Origin: Candidatus Obscuribacterales bacterium
Lineage (GTDB): Bacteria > Cyanobacteriota > Vampirovibrionia > Obscuribacterales > Obscuribacteraceae
NCBI GenBank assembly: GCA_965228855.1
Contig: CBDDIJ010000003.1
Coordinates: 1,312,001 to 1,376,000, forward strand
Length of the DNA stretch: 64,000 nt
Direction of reading: 5' to 3'
Below the pieces are notes generated by a model, which saw nothing but the letters and a program-made list of their open reading frames with translations, was not told where the DNA came from and did not search any database. Positions 40,010 through 50,320 of this stretch are shown one piece after another. Made by a program: the position numbers and the translations under genes. Each line of letters opens with the position of its first letter. The stretch's first letter is position 1.

Positions 40010-40579
40010 TTATTGGTTTAGTCCTTCCGGAAACTCAGCGCTGGAAGTAGCTGTGAAAGTCAATCGAGCCGGCGGTCCCAGACCTGGAACGTTGCCGATG
40101 AACGGCAACATACTCAAGTTCATAAACGGCCCCATATTGAAGTTTGCTTCAACCTTGTATTCGTAGGTGTTTGTGTCCGGTGTTGCTGCAGTGCCCATCG
40201 GAGTATTCTTCGGATGGGTGGTCGCAGATCCTCCGCCATAAGGAACGGAAACGACGGAAAGGTCGATACCGCTTCCTCCGATTCCACCAATCGGAACCAG
40301 TTTTGCGAATTTGCCAAAACCCGAAGCTACGAAAGTCCCACTCTCTTGTTGAACGACGTTCATAGCATCAGTGAAGGTGTTCTGAGTCCCCGCTCTACTG
40401 GCGCACTGTTTCGCGCAGAGATAACCTGTTGCGTAACCAGTCGTGAACATGATCAGGTTGATCAGGGGAAATAAGATCACCAGAAAGAAAATTATGAGCG
40501 CCGGCGCGAACTCGGCGGCACCTGCACCAGAGCCAACCTGGTTGCGTATGCGTTTTTTTGTTTGAAGACGTACGAGCAT
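40010..40579 (-). CDS. TadE-like pseudopilin
   Basis: GAGAAEF prepilin-like site followed by a hydrophobic helix. ORF open to 40603. Confidence 0.7.
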   Translation of the reverse strand: MLVRLQTKKRIRNQVGSGAGAAEFAPALIIFFLVILFPLINLIMFTTGYATGYLCAKQCASRAGTQNTFTDAMNVVQQESGTFVASGFGKFAKLVPIGGIGGSGIDLSVVSVPYGGGSATTHPKNTPMGTAATPDTNTYEYKVEANFNMGPFMNLSMLPFIGNVPGLGPPARLTFTATSSAEFPEGLNQ

Positions 40580-40702
40580 CGGGCCCCCAAAATCTTGCCC
40601 CAATGATCTATCTATACCACAATACTTATTCTCTCAGGCGAAAACTGTGGCAGTTTTCCGCCAAACAAATCTTGGGAGGAATTTGCAGCCGGCGTCGCTT
40701 GC

Positions 40703-42871
40703 CTAATGTTTTGTCCTGAAGTCGTGAGTCTTCAAGTTCTTTGTGTATTCCTCGCTCACTCTATCGCGAAGTTTCATCGCCTGCTTTGATAGCTGCTCAC
40801 CCTTCTCGACCATATTGATTTGTTTCAGTAAATCTCCATAGCTGCCGTAGAATTCGGCAAGCTGGTCAGGACCAATCTCTTTGCACTTTTCAGCGTGCGC
40901 GATCGCTTCCGAAAGAGTTCTCTCTGCTTTATCAAATTCGCCTCGGTCACGCTGCCACTGCCCGAGGTGCAGCTCTGCGCGGATGTACTTCGGGTCTGAT
41001 TCGGCTTCGCGATGCGCGTCCCGGTCATGGGAGAACCTGATATCTTTGATGCGACCATAGAGGTTACGTGTACCGATTTCGGCAACGCGATCCTGGTTAA
41101 GCAAGCAATCCGCAATCTGCTCTTTGATATCAGCCAGACCAATAAAATTCTCTCCGAAAAGCTTTGTCAGGAGAGCCTCTGAGTGAATCAGCAATTCGTA
41201 CTCAAGTCCATACGCATAGGTTGCGTCGAGGCGACGCGCGACTTCGACAATTCTACGTGTGCTACCCGCCCAATTTAGTCGAGGTTCCGAGAGGTGTCTC
41301 TGAACGGAGTCTCCTTTTTGCTCAATTTCCTTGATGTAAGTCTGAGCGTCCATAATGTCGTCGAGTATCTGATTGGCGAGACCTTCCCATCGCTCTCGAT
41401 CAAGTTTGACAATCTCGTCGATAACGTCCTCTTGTTTGGCTGCGTCACCGGTGGACAGCAGTACGTCCGCCTGCCTGCCCAGGGTTACTATCATCGCTTC
41501 GTAATTCGGTCTCTTATTTTTACCGCTGAGATTTCTTGCATCGACCACTGCTTTGTCTAATATTGACAGCGCCATACCCGGCCACTGGTGGACTACGCAA
41601 TAGTCAGAGAGCCAGATTTCGAAATGCCAAATCATTTTCTGTAATGGGGAGCCGGGATCCTCTGCTGTTTGGAACGGGAAGAAAGCCACCAGACCAACCC
41701 AAAACGCAAGAGTGATACCAAAAACGGTGGCAAGAGTCTTGGTAGAAATCCTGATTATTTGTTTCTTCGTCTTGCGAGGAGTTTTAGAACGTCCCTGCAG
41801 AGGACCGGCCACTGAGGTCGTGGACTGCACCATATCGCTCAACTTCATCGCGACAGTGCCAGTCTGCGTAGCTTTTGGTTGGTAATTACCAATTGTCGGT
41901 AGAGCGTCTAAAACTGCATTAGCGGTTTGAAACCGCTTCTTTTGCTGCTTCTCCAGGCAACCGAAGACAACGCTGGACAGTTCCTCGGGTACCACCACAT
42001 CCGGTGCCATTTGTCTGAAGTCCGGCGGCGGATCATTGACATGCATAGACATAGTTTCGACAGCGTTCTTGCCGAGAAAAGGAGGAGATCCGGTGAGCAC
42101 CTCATACATTACACAGCCCCAGGAATAAATGTCGGATCTCAGATCAAGCGGCAATCCTGAACATTGTTCGGGGCTCATGTAAATGGGGCTTCCAAAGACT
42201 TCTCCCGTCTGGGTGAGATGTTGTGATTCGCCACCATCTTGCGGAATTACTTTAGCTATGCCGAAGTCGACGATCTTGACCTGAACAGTTCCATCCTCGT
42301 CAACTGCAAGGACCATATTCCGTGGCTTGAGGTCTCGGTGAACGACTCCCTTTCTGTGCGCGTGTGCCAAGCCTTTCAGTACCTGGCGAAAGATATCGAT
42401 GGCCTCATCGGCCGGCACTGAGCCCGTTCTGTCCAGTAAGTCTCCCAGCGACGGTCCCTCAAGATAGTCCATGACGAGAAAGGCCAGCCCGTCTTCAGTG
42501 ACACCAAAGTCGTAGACGGTAATTATGTTAGGATGCGAAAGACTGGCCGCCGCTTTCGCTTCTTGTTGAAAACGCTGGATACTGATTGGATCGGATACCA
42601 GGTGAGGGTGCAACAATTTCACTGCCACCACGCGATCCATGTACGTGTGCTGAGCCTTGTAAACGGTGCTCATGCCGCCCTGACCGATAATTGATTGAAT
42701 GCGATAGCGATTAGCGAACACTTGCCCGACCAGTCGATCTTGCTTGGTGTTCACAAGATCCCCTCCGTCGTCCGGGCATTTCAGCAGTGAAGCATTCACT
42801 GCCTTATGGCAGATGAGGCAGATCTTTGATTCTGTGGTCTGAGCCTTAGCCGTTTCGACTTGTTCTGTCAT
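40703..42871 (-). CDS. Ser/Thr protein kinase with N-terminal Zn-ribbon, TM and TPR-like C-terminus
   Basis: CLIC...CPDD, GQGGMS, HRDLKPRN, DFG, SPE. Confidence 0.93.
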   Translation of the reverse strand: MTEQVETAKAQTTESKICLICHKAVNASLLKCPDDGGDLVNTKQDRLVGQVFANRYRIQSIIGQGGMSTVYKAQHTYMDRVVAVKLLHPHLVSDPISIQRFQQEAKAAASLSHPNIITVYDFGVTEDGLAFLVMDYLEGPSLGDLLDRTGSVPADEAIDIFRQVLKGLAHAHRKGVVHRDLKPRNMVLAVDEDGTVQVKIVDFGIAKVIPQDGGESQHLTQTGEVFGSPIYMSPEQCSGLPLDLRSDIYSWGCVMYEVLTGSPPFLGKNAVETMSMHVNDPPPDFRQMAPDVVVPEELSSVVFGCLEKQQKKRFQTANAVLDALPTIGNYQPKATQTGTVAMKLSDMVQSTTSVAGPLQGRSKTPRKTKKQIIRISTKTLATVFGITLAFWVGLVAFFPFQTAEDPGSPLQKMIWHFEIWLSDYCVVHQWPGMALSILDKAVVDARNLSGKNKRPNYEAMIVTLGRQADVLLSTGDAAKQEDVIDEIVKLDRERWEGLANQILDDIMDAQTYIKEIEQKGDSVQRHLSEPRLNWAGSTRRIVEVARRLDATYAYGLEYELLIHSEALLTKLFGENFIGLADIKEQIADCLLNQDRVAEIGTRNLYGRIKDIRFSHDRDAHREAESDPKYIRAELHLGQWQRDRGEFDKAERTLSEAIAHAEKCKEIGPDQLAEFYGSYGDLLKQINMVEKGEQLSKQAMKLRDRVSEEYTKNLKTHDFRTKH

Positions 42872-42991
42872 GTGATCCTGAGGCGCACCGAAAACGTTGG
42901 TTGGTTAAGCCAGGAGTGAATTTTGCCGGGAAATTAGATACCGAGAGATTGAATCTTATAAGATATTCCCCGAGGAAAGCAGCTTTTAGCG

Positions 42992-43879
42992 ATGGACACC
43001 CCCTTAAAGGCAGTTGAGTTTTTTAGCGGTCTCGGCGCATTCGCCGAGGCGTGCCGCTTTTCGGGCATTAATGTTGTTGCTGCTTTCGATCAAAATGAAC
43101 ACGCAAACAAAGTTTATGAGTCGAATTTCGACCTTTCACCTGACGTCCGGAATATTGAAACATTACGTGCGACGGACGTTCCTGTCTCATCTATCTGGTG
43201 GATGAGTCCGCCGTGCACACCCTTCAGCCGCCGCGGCAAGCAGAAAGACGATGAAGACCCCCGCGCCAAAGCCTTATTACGATTGCTTGAAATTCTTCCT
43301 GAGCGAACTCCGGATTATTTTTTTATGGAGAACGTCGAGGGTTTCATCGGGTCAAGAAGCGAAGAGCGTCTGAAGGCGCTTCTCGAACGCCTTGGGTATA
43401 AACAGAGCTCGTTCAACATCTGTTCCTCTATGTTTGGAGTTCCAATGCGGCGTCCTCGTTTCTTTCTGTCCGCATCGCGTCTGCTTCAGCCAAAACCACC
43501 TGAGCTTGATCCATTATCGGAAGAAAGACTACTGAGCGATTTCCTGACCGAAAGCATTGATGAAGACTTGCGCTTACCCGACGGCGAACTTGAAAAATAT
43601 GATGCGGTTTTGAACATTGTTGATCCAGATAAGAAAGACGCCTATGTAATCTGTTTTACTCGCGGCTATTTCAAATGCCGCAAAGCAAGCGGGTCTCTGA
43701 TCCGGTTGCCGGATGGTGGTGCGCGATTTGTTTCTCCGGTGGAGATGCTCGATCTTTTTGGTTTCTCATCCACCTACAAATTTCCGGCGGAACTTTCCAA
43801 GCAAGTGTGCTGGCGATTGATCGGAAATTCTGTGGATGTTCGGGCCGTACGAGCTGTTTTGGCTACTGTCGGTCTCTAG
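42992..43879 (+). CDS. C5 cytosine methyltransferase, Dnmt2-like
   Basis: FFSGLG (I), SPPC (IV), ENV (VI), RPR (VIII), CFTRGY, IGNS (X). Confidence 0.88.
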   Translation: MDTPLKAVEFFSGLGAFAEACRFSGINVVAAFDQNEHANKVYESNFDLSPDVRNIETLRATDVPVSSIWWMSPPCTPFSRRGKQKDDEDPRAKALLRLLEILPERTPDYFFMENVEGFIGSRSEERLKALLERLGYKQSSFNICSSMFGVPMRRPRFFLSASRLLQPKPPELDPLSEERLLSDFLTESIDEDLRLPDGELEKYDAVLNIVDPDKKDAYVICFTRGYFKCRKASGSLIRLPDGGARFVSPVEMLDLFGFSSTYKFPAELSKQVCWRLIGNSVDVRAVRAVLATVGL

Positions 43880-44052
43880 CTCTGTTGAATTGAACAGTTA
43901 CTGTCTGCTTTGATGCTTGTACTATCGAGGCTGAATTAATCGTCGATTGCGTTGATTCGGTATCTAGAGTTACAAAGCCTGTAACGGGGAATGATTGATG
44001 GAGCATATGAGGTTCGATTTCTCGAGTTCAATTTCAGGAATTTCGTCTAGAT

Positions 44053-45117
44053 ATGTCCGACGATAAAAGCAAGTCTACGAGAATTGACTCCGGCGAAGAT
44101 CGGACTGGCGATGTTCGACGTGACCGGGGACCGGGTTCGGCCGACAGTGTTAATTTGTCGGAAAAACGAGTGACTGCAGTTGAGCGAGCAGCAAGAGAGT
44201 TGTACAGACCAGCCGCAAGTCACGCCTATGAAAGCGCCGGTGATTTGTCCGCCGTCACTTCCGCATACGAATCCGCACGTCTGGGCGATGCTCTTTCGCG
44301 CGCTGCGATTGGACTGAATCACATCAATGACTCGCTCTTAGAGATTCGGCGAAGCCCGCATGCTCGTTATATGCTCGGTTCCGAATTTGCCATCGTTGCG
44401 ATCGTTGCTATTGCCGGCATCGCGAAGCGGAGAGCCGATCTGAGCCAATCGGAAATCAAAGCAGTAGTTGATGGCGATGAGAGTGGAAATGGTGAACTCA
44501 TCTATCGCGCTCAAAGGAAGAAAAGTAATCCTGTTGAGCGGGCTTTGAAACGACAAGATCCGTTGTCTGAGTTCGCCGGCAATCATCCGATTCCCGGCAG
44601 AGAGTATGGCAAGGGACGGAACATCCCGGATTGGTTGATCAGTTTGGACACGAGTGTCGCTAAGGAAGCTGGTTATCTGTTCAACTCAGTTTTGAGACGT
44701 CCGACTGTGCTTATGACATTGTCTGACACTTTTGTTTCGCTGGGCGAGCAGCACTTCTTCGACGGTCTTTTATCCTGGCTTATCGTTGATTTAAATAAGA
44801 ACAAGGTTACCGAATTCTGGAAAGGCGCAACTAAAGTGGTCGCGATTGCAAACGGCGAGTCGATTGAATTGCCGGTATGGGAAGACATTGTCGAGTTCTA
44901 TCAAAACAAACCTAAACAAGCAAAACCGGATAATTTGCTAACGGTGGTTTTAAAACGAAATCTGGATCGAGAATTGATAGAAGCGGCGCTTGCGGATGTT
45001 GTCCTTCCTGGTGACGCGAAAATAATTCAAGGTAACCGGATGGACTTGAAGAGCCAAAGCGACGAATCTGTGGTTCGCCTCGAAGACATTCTTCCCACTA
45101 TGTTCCGTGATGACTAG
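44053..45117 (+). CDS. Hypothetical protein
   Basis: 354-aa ORF; possibly a degenerate LysM-like segment (DTFVSLGEQHF...WLIVDLN). Confidence 0.65.
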   Translation: MSDDKSKSTRIDSGEDRTGDVRRDRGPGSADSVNLSEKRVTAVERAARELYRPAASHAYESAGDLSAVTSAYESARLGDALSRAAIGLNHINDSLLEIRRSPHARYMLGSEFAIVAIVAIAGIAKRRADLSQSEIKAVVDGDESGNGELIYRAQRKKSNPVERALKRQDPLSEFAGNHPIPGREYGKGRNIPDWLISLDTSVAKEAGYLFNSVLRRPTVLMTLSDTFVSLGEQHFFDGLLSWLIVDLNKNKVTEFWKGATKVVAIANGESIELPVWEDIVEFYQNKPKQAKPDNLLTVVLKRNLDRELIEAALADVVLPGDAKIIQGNRMDLKSQSDESVVRLEDILPTMFRDD

Positions 45118-45120
45118 AGT

Positions 45121-45867
45121 CTAGATATTCGAGTAATCAAACTCGTCTTCTAACCAATCCCAAATTTCGTTGTCCAGCTTTGGCAGGTCATCGGGGTCTA
45201 CAAGACCTCGTCGAATGCCCTCATAAACTATTCGTGTTCTCGGATTGAAAATCTCCATGCCGGCCGATTCGCGAAGATGGGCGTCCTGACCCTTTACGAG
45301 TTTGCCGAGGAGCATCGATAGTCGATTTTGGACGCCGCGGACGCTGATATGACGTCGTTGAGCGATAGCCCGATCCGTCATTCCGATAGCCACATCCAGC
45401 AGTGTCTCGTATTCAGTATCGCTCAAAGAATCGTCCTTCGATTTGAGTCGATTCTGGACCCCCTGAACGACCGGATCAATGTAGGGATCGCCTTTGGTCA
45501 AGACGCTTTCGATAGCAAATGCTAACTTGTCGTCGGATTCACCTTTGAGTAAGTAGCCGTGAATAGCATCGTCTGGAACAATTCGTCCCAAGGTTCTCAC
45601 GTATGCCTCTCGATGATATTGAGACCAGAACAGGATGCGCGCCTGCTTATTTGCTTCCCAAATTTCTTCTGCCGCTTTGACACCATTGAGTTCCGGCATC
45701 GATATGTCCATTATGGTCAGGTCCGGCGCGGTCGACTTCGCCAGTTGCACGCCTTCAAGACCGTTGGAGGCCTCGACAATCTCTATCCCCTCTCCGAAAA
45801 CCTTGAGCACTACCTGACGAGCATGAGCTCGCAATGCCGGCATGTCTTCGACAATCAAAATGCGCAA
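45121..45867 (-). CDS. NarL/LuxR-type response regulator
   Basis: ILIVED, MDISMPELNG, GYLLK; C-terminal HTH (GMTDRAIAQRRHISVRGV). Confidence 0.92.
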   Translation of the reverse strand: MRILIVEDMPALRAHARQVVLKVFGEGIEIVEASNGLEGVQLAKSTAPDLTIMDISMPELNGVKAAEEIWEANKQARILFWSQYHREAYVRTLGRIVPDDAIHGYLLKGESDDKLAFAIESVLTKGDPYIDPVVQGVQNRLKSKDDSLSDTEYETLLDVAIGMTDRAIAQRRHISVRGVQNRLSMLLGKLVKGQDAHLRESAGMEIFNPRTRIVYEGIRRGLVDPDDLPKLDNEIWDWLEDEFDYSNI

Positions 45868-45905
45868 GCGAAATCTCCTTGCTTTTGCTGTGTTTCAACA
45901 TTTTA

Positions 45906-47036
45906 TCACTTGGGTTTTGTAATAGTGATGTCCACTCTGGTGCCTTTATCGCCGTCGCCGGTAAGCCAGAGTACCTGCGCATTTATGAGGCTTGCTCTCT
46001 GCTGCATATACCTTAACCCACGAGATTGTGTCGAGCGGGCCGATGCATTAATACCGACTCCATCATCTATTATGCTAATCTTCAGAATGCCACCGTCAGC
46101 GGTGACAAGACATTTGACGGTAGTGGCTTGGGAGTGCTTGCAGATGTTAGTTACGGATTCTTGAACGAGTCTATAGAGCAGGGTAGTTTCGATCTCATTG
46201 AAAACAGCGAATTCTCCCGAATCAACGCTTGACCTAAAACGCACCTTGTACCCTGCTCGCTCCGCGCCGCTTCTGATACAGTCTTCGATTGCGTCCACAA
46301 ATCCTAAGTGCTTAAGAACCGCAGGCGAAAGGCTGTCCATTACCTCGCGAATCTGGTTCATCGAGGTAACTATCAATTCGTCCATCTCCTTTTTTTTGTC
46401 ATCTTCAATTGAGGTCAGTAGTGATGCTTTTTCACGCAGCATCTTCAAATCATTGAGAACTTGATCGTGGAGATCAGCTGCTAAAACTCGGCGCTCAATC
46501 TCATCGTCCTTGACCAACTGAATTTTCGATTCCAATAGTTCTTGTCGGATAGTATCCAGAGCAGAATCCTTGGCTTTGAGCTGAAGCCGGGTGTCTTTGG
46601 TTCGTTTGATGAAGGCTCCGTATATCAATCCGAGTCCCGAAGCTATCGTCAGAGAAAGAGGCATGGCAAGTTGATCGGTGCTGTTTGGGAACAAGGTCTT
46701 TTGCACGAGATGAAGCACCATATTTAGTGCGACGAATTGTATAAATACAATCCACCTGAGCTTCTGACTGACCTTGTATGCTACCACTGTCGCGGAGACC
46801 GCGAAACTACATATGATACCAATGCGCATAAGCGCGGCACCTAAAGATGTTTCTGGTGCTGCGATGGCTGAAGGTCCTGGCTGTCCGAACAAATTGTGAG
46901 ATAAAGCCTGTTCGAGCCAGATGAATTTTTCGGAAAATAGCCAGGCAATTACCGAACTCGCTAAAATTCCGGATGCAAGCGTAAGTGTGTCATTTTGATT
47001 TTGCGGGCGCAGCTTTTGCTGCGGATTTGCTTGCAT
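45906..47036 (-). CDS. Membrane sensor histidine kinase (HisKA_3)
   Basis: 4 TMs, ERRVLAADLHD, QESVTNICKH, DDGVG, GLRYM, GT. Confidence 0.92.
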   Translation of the reverse strand: MQANPQQKLRPQNQNDTLTLASGILASSVIAWLFSEKFIWLEQALSHNLFGQPGPSAIAAPETSLGAALMRIGIICSFAVSATVVAYKVSQKLRWIVFIQFVALNMVLHLVQKTLFPNSTDQLAMPLSLTIASGLGLIYGAFIKRTKDTRLQLKAKDSALDTIRQELLESKIQLVKDDEIERRVLAADLHDQVLNDLKMLREKASLLTSIEDDKKKEMDELIVTSMNQIREVMDSLSPAVLKHLGFVDAIEDCIRSGAERAGYKVRFRSSVDSGEFAVFNEIETTLLYRLVQESVTNICKHSQATTVKCLVTADGGILKISIIDDGVGINASARSTQSRGLRYMQQRASLINAQVLWLTGDGDKGTRVDITITKPK

Positions 47037-47934
47037 CTGGTTTTACAGCCGGCGCTGGGGGAGAGGTTTTCGTAGGAGAGGTCGGTTTCGGACTGGTTAA
47101 ACTCTTCGCAATCCAATATTCCACACTGTTCTGCGTTCCCGTCTTAACCACCCAGTCTAAATGAGTCTGTGCGAGTTTTTTTTCTTTACCGGTGAGGTAT
47201 TTGAGAGCGAGAAAGCAGTGCGCTTGAGTGCTGTCGTAGTCGCTGCTTTCAGCCTCTTCCAGTAGCTCCTTTCCACTAAGTTTTCCGGTGAGGAATTTCA
47301 GCGCCGGATAAGGCCACTTCAGGCGATCGGTTTTCTTGAGAGCCTCCTCCAAGAGAGCGTTTCCTGGAGCGGGATTTCCTCCCTGACGATAACCCAGGGC
47401 TGCGAGAACGCTTGCGTGACCTGCGTATTCGCCTTTCCAATCGGTCTTTCGCAGCCAACTTTCAATCTTTCTGGCCGATTCGATCCCGCTTCCCTTCGCC
47501 AGTGATGCGCCTGCTCGGTTTAGATAGGCAATAGGCTGGTTGGGATCGATCTCGATAGCTTTGTCGAAATCTTTGATGGCAAGTGGCAGGTCGTCCTCGC
47601 GAAAGTGTGTAACTCCGCGATTGTTGAAGGCAAGATAGTTGGTTGGAGTTAGTTTGATTGCACTATTGAAATCAGCTATGGCGAGAGCGTATTTGCGAAG
47701 CCCATTGTAGGCCGTGCCTCTATCTACGAGTGTGGCGGCGCTATTCGGATCGAGCTTCAAGGAGGCGTTGAATTCTTTGAGAGCCAATTCGAAGTTTTGA
47801 TTCACCAGGAAATTTTTTCCGAGTTTGTGGTGATCCTCGGACTCCGGGCTCGCGTTTGCCGGACTTCTTGTGGAAGGAAGCAAGCCAAGAAGCAGGATTA
47901 GCGCCAGGAGCGCCGATGCGGAAAACTTCGTCAT
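46990..47934 (-). CDS. Secreted TPR protein (NlpI-like)
   Basis: Signal peptide, TPRs, WPYP and NSVEY motifs. ORF open to 48030. Confidence 0.8.
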   Translation of the reverse strand: MTKFSASALLALILLLGLLPSTRSPANASPESEDHHKLGKNFLVNQNFELALKEFNASLKLDPNSAATLVDRGTAYNGLRKYALAIADFNSAIKLTPTNYLAFNNRGVTHFREDDLPLAIKDFDKAIEIDPNQPIAYLNRAGASLAKGSGIESARKIESWLRKTDWKGEYAGHASVLAALGYRQGGNPAPGNALLEEALKKTDRLKWPYPALKFLTGKLSGKELLEEAESSDYDSTQAHCFLALKYLTGKEKKLAQTHLDWVVKTGTQNSVEYWIAKSLTSPKPTSPTKTSPPAPAVKPDASKSAAKAAPAKSK

Positions 47935-48209
47935 GGTTTCTCTTTCGTTTTTTCGAAATAGATTATTGGACACGAGAGTTATTGTATTTCGCCATTTCGA
48001 CTGATGCAGCGCGGTTATGTAAAAAACCATTCATATCATTCGGGGTGAAAACGTAGTCAATCGCTTTATTGCGTTATATGGGGGTATATCGTAATAAGCA
48101 ACGACGGATTCTGATTCTCAAGAAGTTGCCGATAAACATTCACGAATCAGAACATCGGGAGGTCAGCAATGGCCGGTGTCCAGATCTCGCAAGACTCCAG
48201 GAGACTCTA

Positions 48210-50297
48210 ATGACTACTTGGACGAACATGTCCAGTGATCCGAGTTCAGACGAAAGGGTCTTGAGGGACGCACAAAAGACTATCGAAAAGGTTGTCGAGG
48301 CTGCTCGAGTAGCGCTTGATGACGAACTTGCCGTGCAGCAGATGGAGTACGACCAGGTCTACGGGCTCAACTCCATGCAGTTCGCCATGTATCAGACGCT
48401 TGTCATGACATTTTTCCAAGACCATCAGATGCTTGCGAGTTTGAATTTGAAACGTTCTCAAAGAGACTTGTCTCCAGGTGTCAACGAGTCTAAACGGGCT
48501 CAGCTCATGGAGGTTATCGCGCAACGCGTCTCAACTGGTGCTCAGTCGACTGGACAACCGGGTGGAGCAGGGCAGACTCAAATGCCGGCGCCTCAGGTCC
48601 CGGCTCAGCCGAGCGCCTGGTCCAGCGGAGGAGCGCAGACCCCTCCACCTGCCTGGGGGCAGCCGCCGGTCAATGCGGTGACCAACTCAAACGCAAGTTG
48701 GCTTGATCAAGCCGCACCACAGGCGGCAGCAGAGACGTCGGCCGGAGATTGGCTCAGCACGCCCGGAACGACGGAGCGACCGCCGTCTTCTGCCTGGCCG
48801 ACGGCAGGCGAGGGCGCCCAAGACGCATCCAATTGGACTTTGAAGCCTGGCGGCGGACAATTGCCCGTAGGTCAAGGTAGTTCGGAGTCAAATGGCGGGT
48901 GGAACTCAACGCCGACTGCTTGGCCATCCGACACGTCAAAGAGCGGTGAAGGAGCTTGGCCCCAGCCGGAAGCAGCAACCGCTACTGAGAGTAATGAGAC
49001 GGCGAGCGCGTGGCCGACACCTCCTGCGGCTCCAATTCCAACGAGCTCTTGGCCGGAACAGCCAGGTGCGAACAAACAGCTACCTCCTGCTGCATGGCCC
49101 GCATCCAATTCCGGGGGACCTCCAAGAAATATCGAGCCCTCCGCACCACAGGCTGGACCATCTGATGTTATGAAACCAGCCTGGACCACGCCGATCGGGG
49201 ACAGTGGCCAATCGGGAACTTGGACCATGGATTCGAAGCCAGGCGGACCGCCGGCGCCAGCCTGGTCGTCTCCGGCTGCACAAGAGCCGCAGTCAAACAA
49301 CTGGAACGCGCAGCAACCGTCAACTCCTCAGACTCCGGCTCCAGCCGCCTCCTGGTCAGAGCAAATGCCTTCCCAGAGCACGTGGAACAACGCCACCACA
49401 GCTGGTGACTTGCCGAAGCCGGCTTGGCAAAGCAACTCGGGCGCAGCAGCTGTTCCACCCGCCCAACCGGCAAACCAGCCCTGGCAAACGCCGGTCACTA
49501 GTAATCAACAGTATCAGTCCGGTCCCAATCAAGCAGCATCTCCTGCGCCAGCTCAGCCGTGGCAGCAACAAACTCCACCGGTAGCTCCAGTGAACTCTCC
49601 GCAAGTTTCCCAGCAGCCTTGGCAAGCACCGTCCGACGGACCTCCGCAGCCGGCGTGGCAACCGCAAAGTTCGCAGACGCCACAGCCCCAGCCATGGCAA
49701 GGAGGAGCACCGCAGGCGCCAGCACAGCAGTTCCAACAACCCGGTCAGCCATGGACGCCTCCAGTAGCTCCGTCCCAACAAATCGCGCAGCAGCAACCAC
49801 AGCAATCACCGCAGCCCTGGATGCCTCCTGGTCCGCCGACCGCCTCTATGACCGGAATTCCACCAGCTAATGGCGTTCCTCAACCAGGTTCAAACGGAAA
49901 TTACGGACAACAGGGTTCCAACGGTACCCAGCCGCCGGCACCGGCGTGGCAGACGGGCGCTGGAATGACACCACCTGTGATGCCTCAGCCTCAACCTGCT
50001 TATCAATCGAATACGCCGCCATACCCAGCGGCGCAGGATTATCAAAATCCAGCTGTTCAACAACCTCCAAATTACCAGACTCAGGGGCAAGTTCCTCAGC
50101 AGGCATATCAGCAACAGCCGCCCAACGGTAGCACGGAAGATATGAGTATCTCGTTCAGTCAGCAAGCACCCCAGGGGCAGAATGGTGCCACCTTGGGCGG
50201 TGTCTTGAGGCAAATGCGCAGTTTCGATCCGGCAAGAAAACGCAGTGATGATGAACAAAATCAAGGCGAGTCTTACAACCCTAATAATGCCTGGTGA
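48210..50297 (+). CDS. Large intrinsically disordered Pro/Gln/Ser-rich protein with periodic Trp
   Basis: GGAG RBS before ATG 48210; about 100-aa helical N-domain, then a long low-complexity region. ORF open from 48069. Confidence 0.8.
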   Translation: MTTWTNMSSDPSSDERVLRDAQKTIEKVVEAARVALDDELAVQQMEYDQVYGLNSMQFAMYQTLVMTFFQDHQMLASLNLKRSQRDLSPGVNESKRAQLMEVIAQRVSTGAQSTGQPGGAGQTQMPAPQVPAQPSAWSSGGAQTPPPAWGQPPVNAVTNSNASWLDQAAPQAAAETSAGDWLSTPGTTERPPSSAWPTAGEGAQDASNWTLKPGGGQLPVGQGSSESNGGWNSTPTAWPSDTSKSGEGAWPQPEAATATESNETASAWPTPPAAPIPTSSWPEQPGANKQLPPAAWPASNSGGPPRNIEPSAPQAGPSDVMKPAWTTPIGDSGQSGTWTMDSKPGGPPAPAWSSPAAQEPQSNNWNAQQPSTPQTPAPAASWSEQMPSQSTWNNATTAGDLPKPAWQSNSGAAAVPPAQPANQPWQTPVTSNQQYQSGPNQAASPAPAQPWQQQTPPVAPVNSPQVSQQPWQAPSDGPPQPAWQPQSSQTPQPQPWQGGAPQAPAQQFQQPGQPWTPPVAPSQQIAQQQPQQSPQPWMPPGPPTASMTGIPPANGVPQPGSNGNYGQQGSNGTQPPAPAWQTGAGMTPPVMPQPQPAYQSNTPPYPAAQDYQNPAVQQPPNYQTQGQVPQQAYQQQPPNGSTEDMSISFSQQAPQGQNGATLGGVLRQMRSFDPARKRSDDEQNQGESYNPNNAW

Positions 50298-50320
50298 GAC
50301 TCAACCGGTTCGTCACTCGG

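Noticed and set aside
42992..43879. Type II restriction-modification system
   Set aside because: No adjacent endonuclease is recognisable, and the CFT motif points to Dnmt2.
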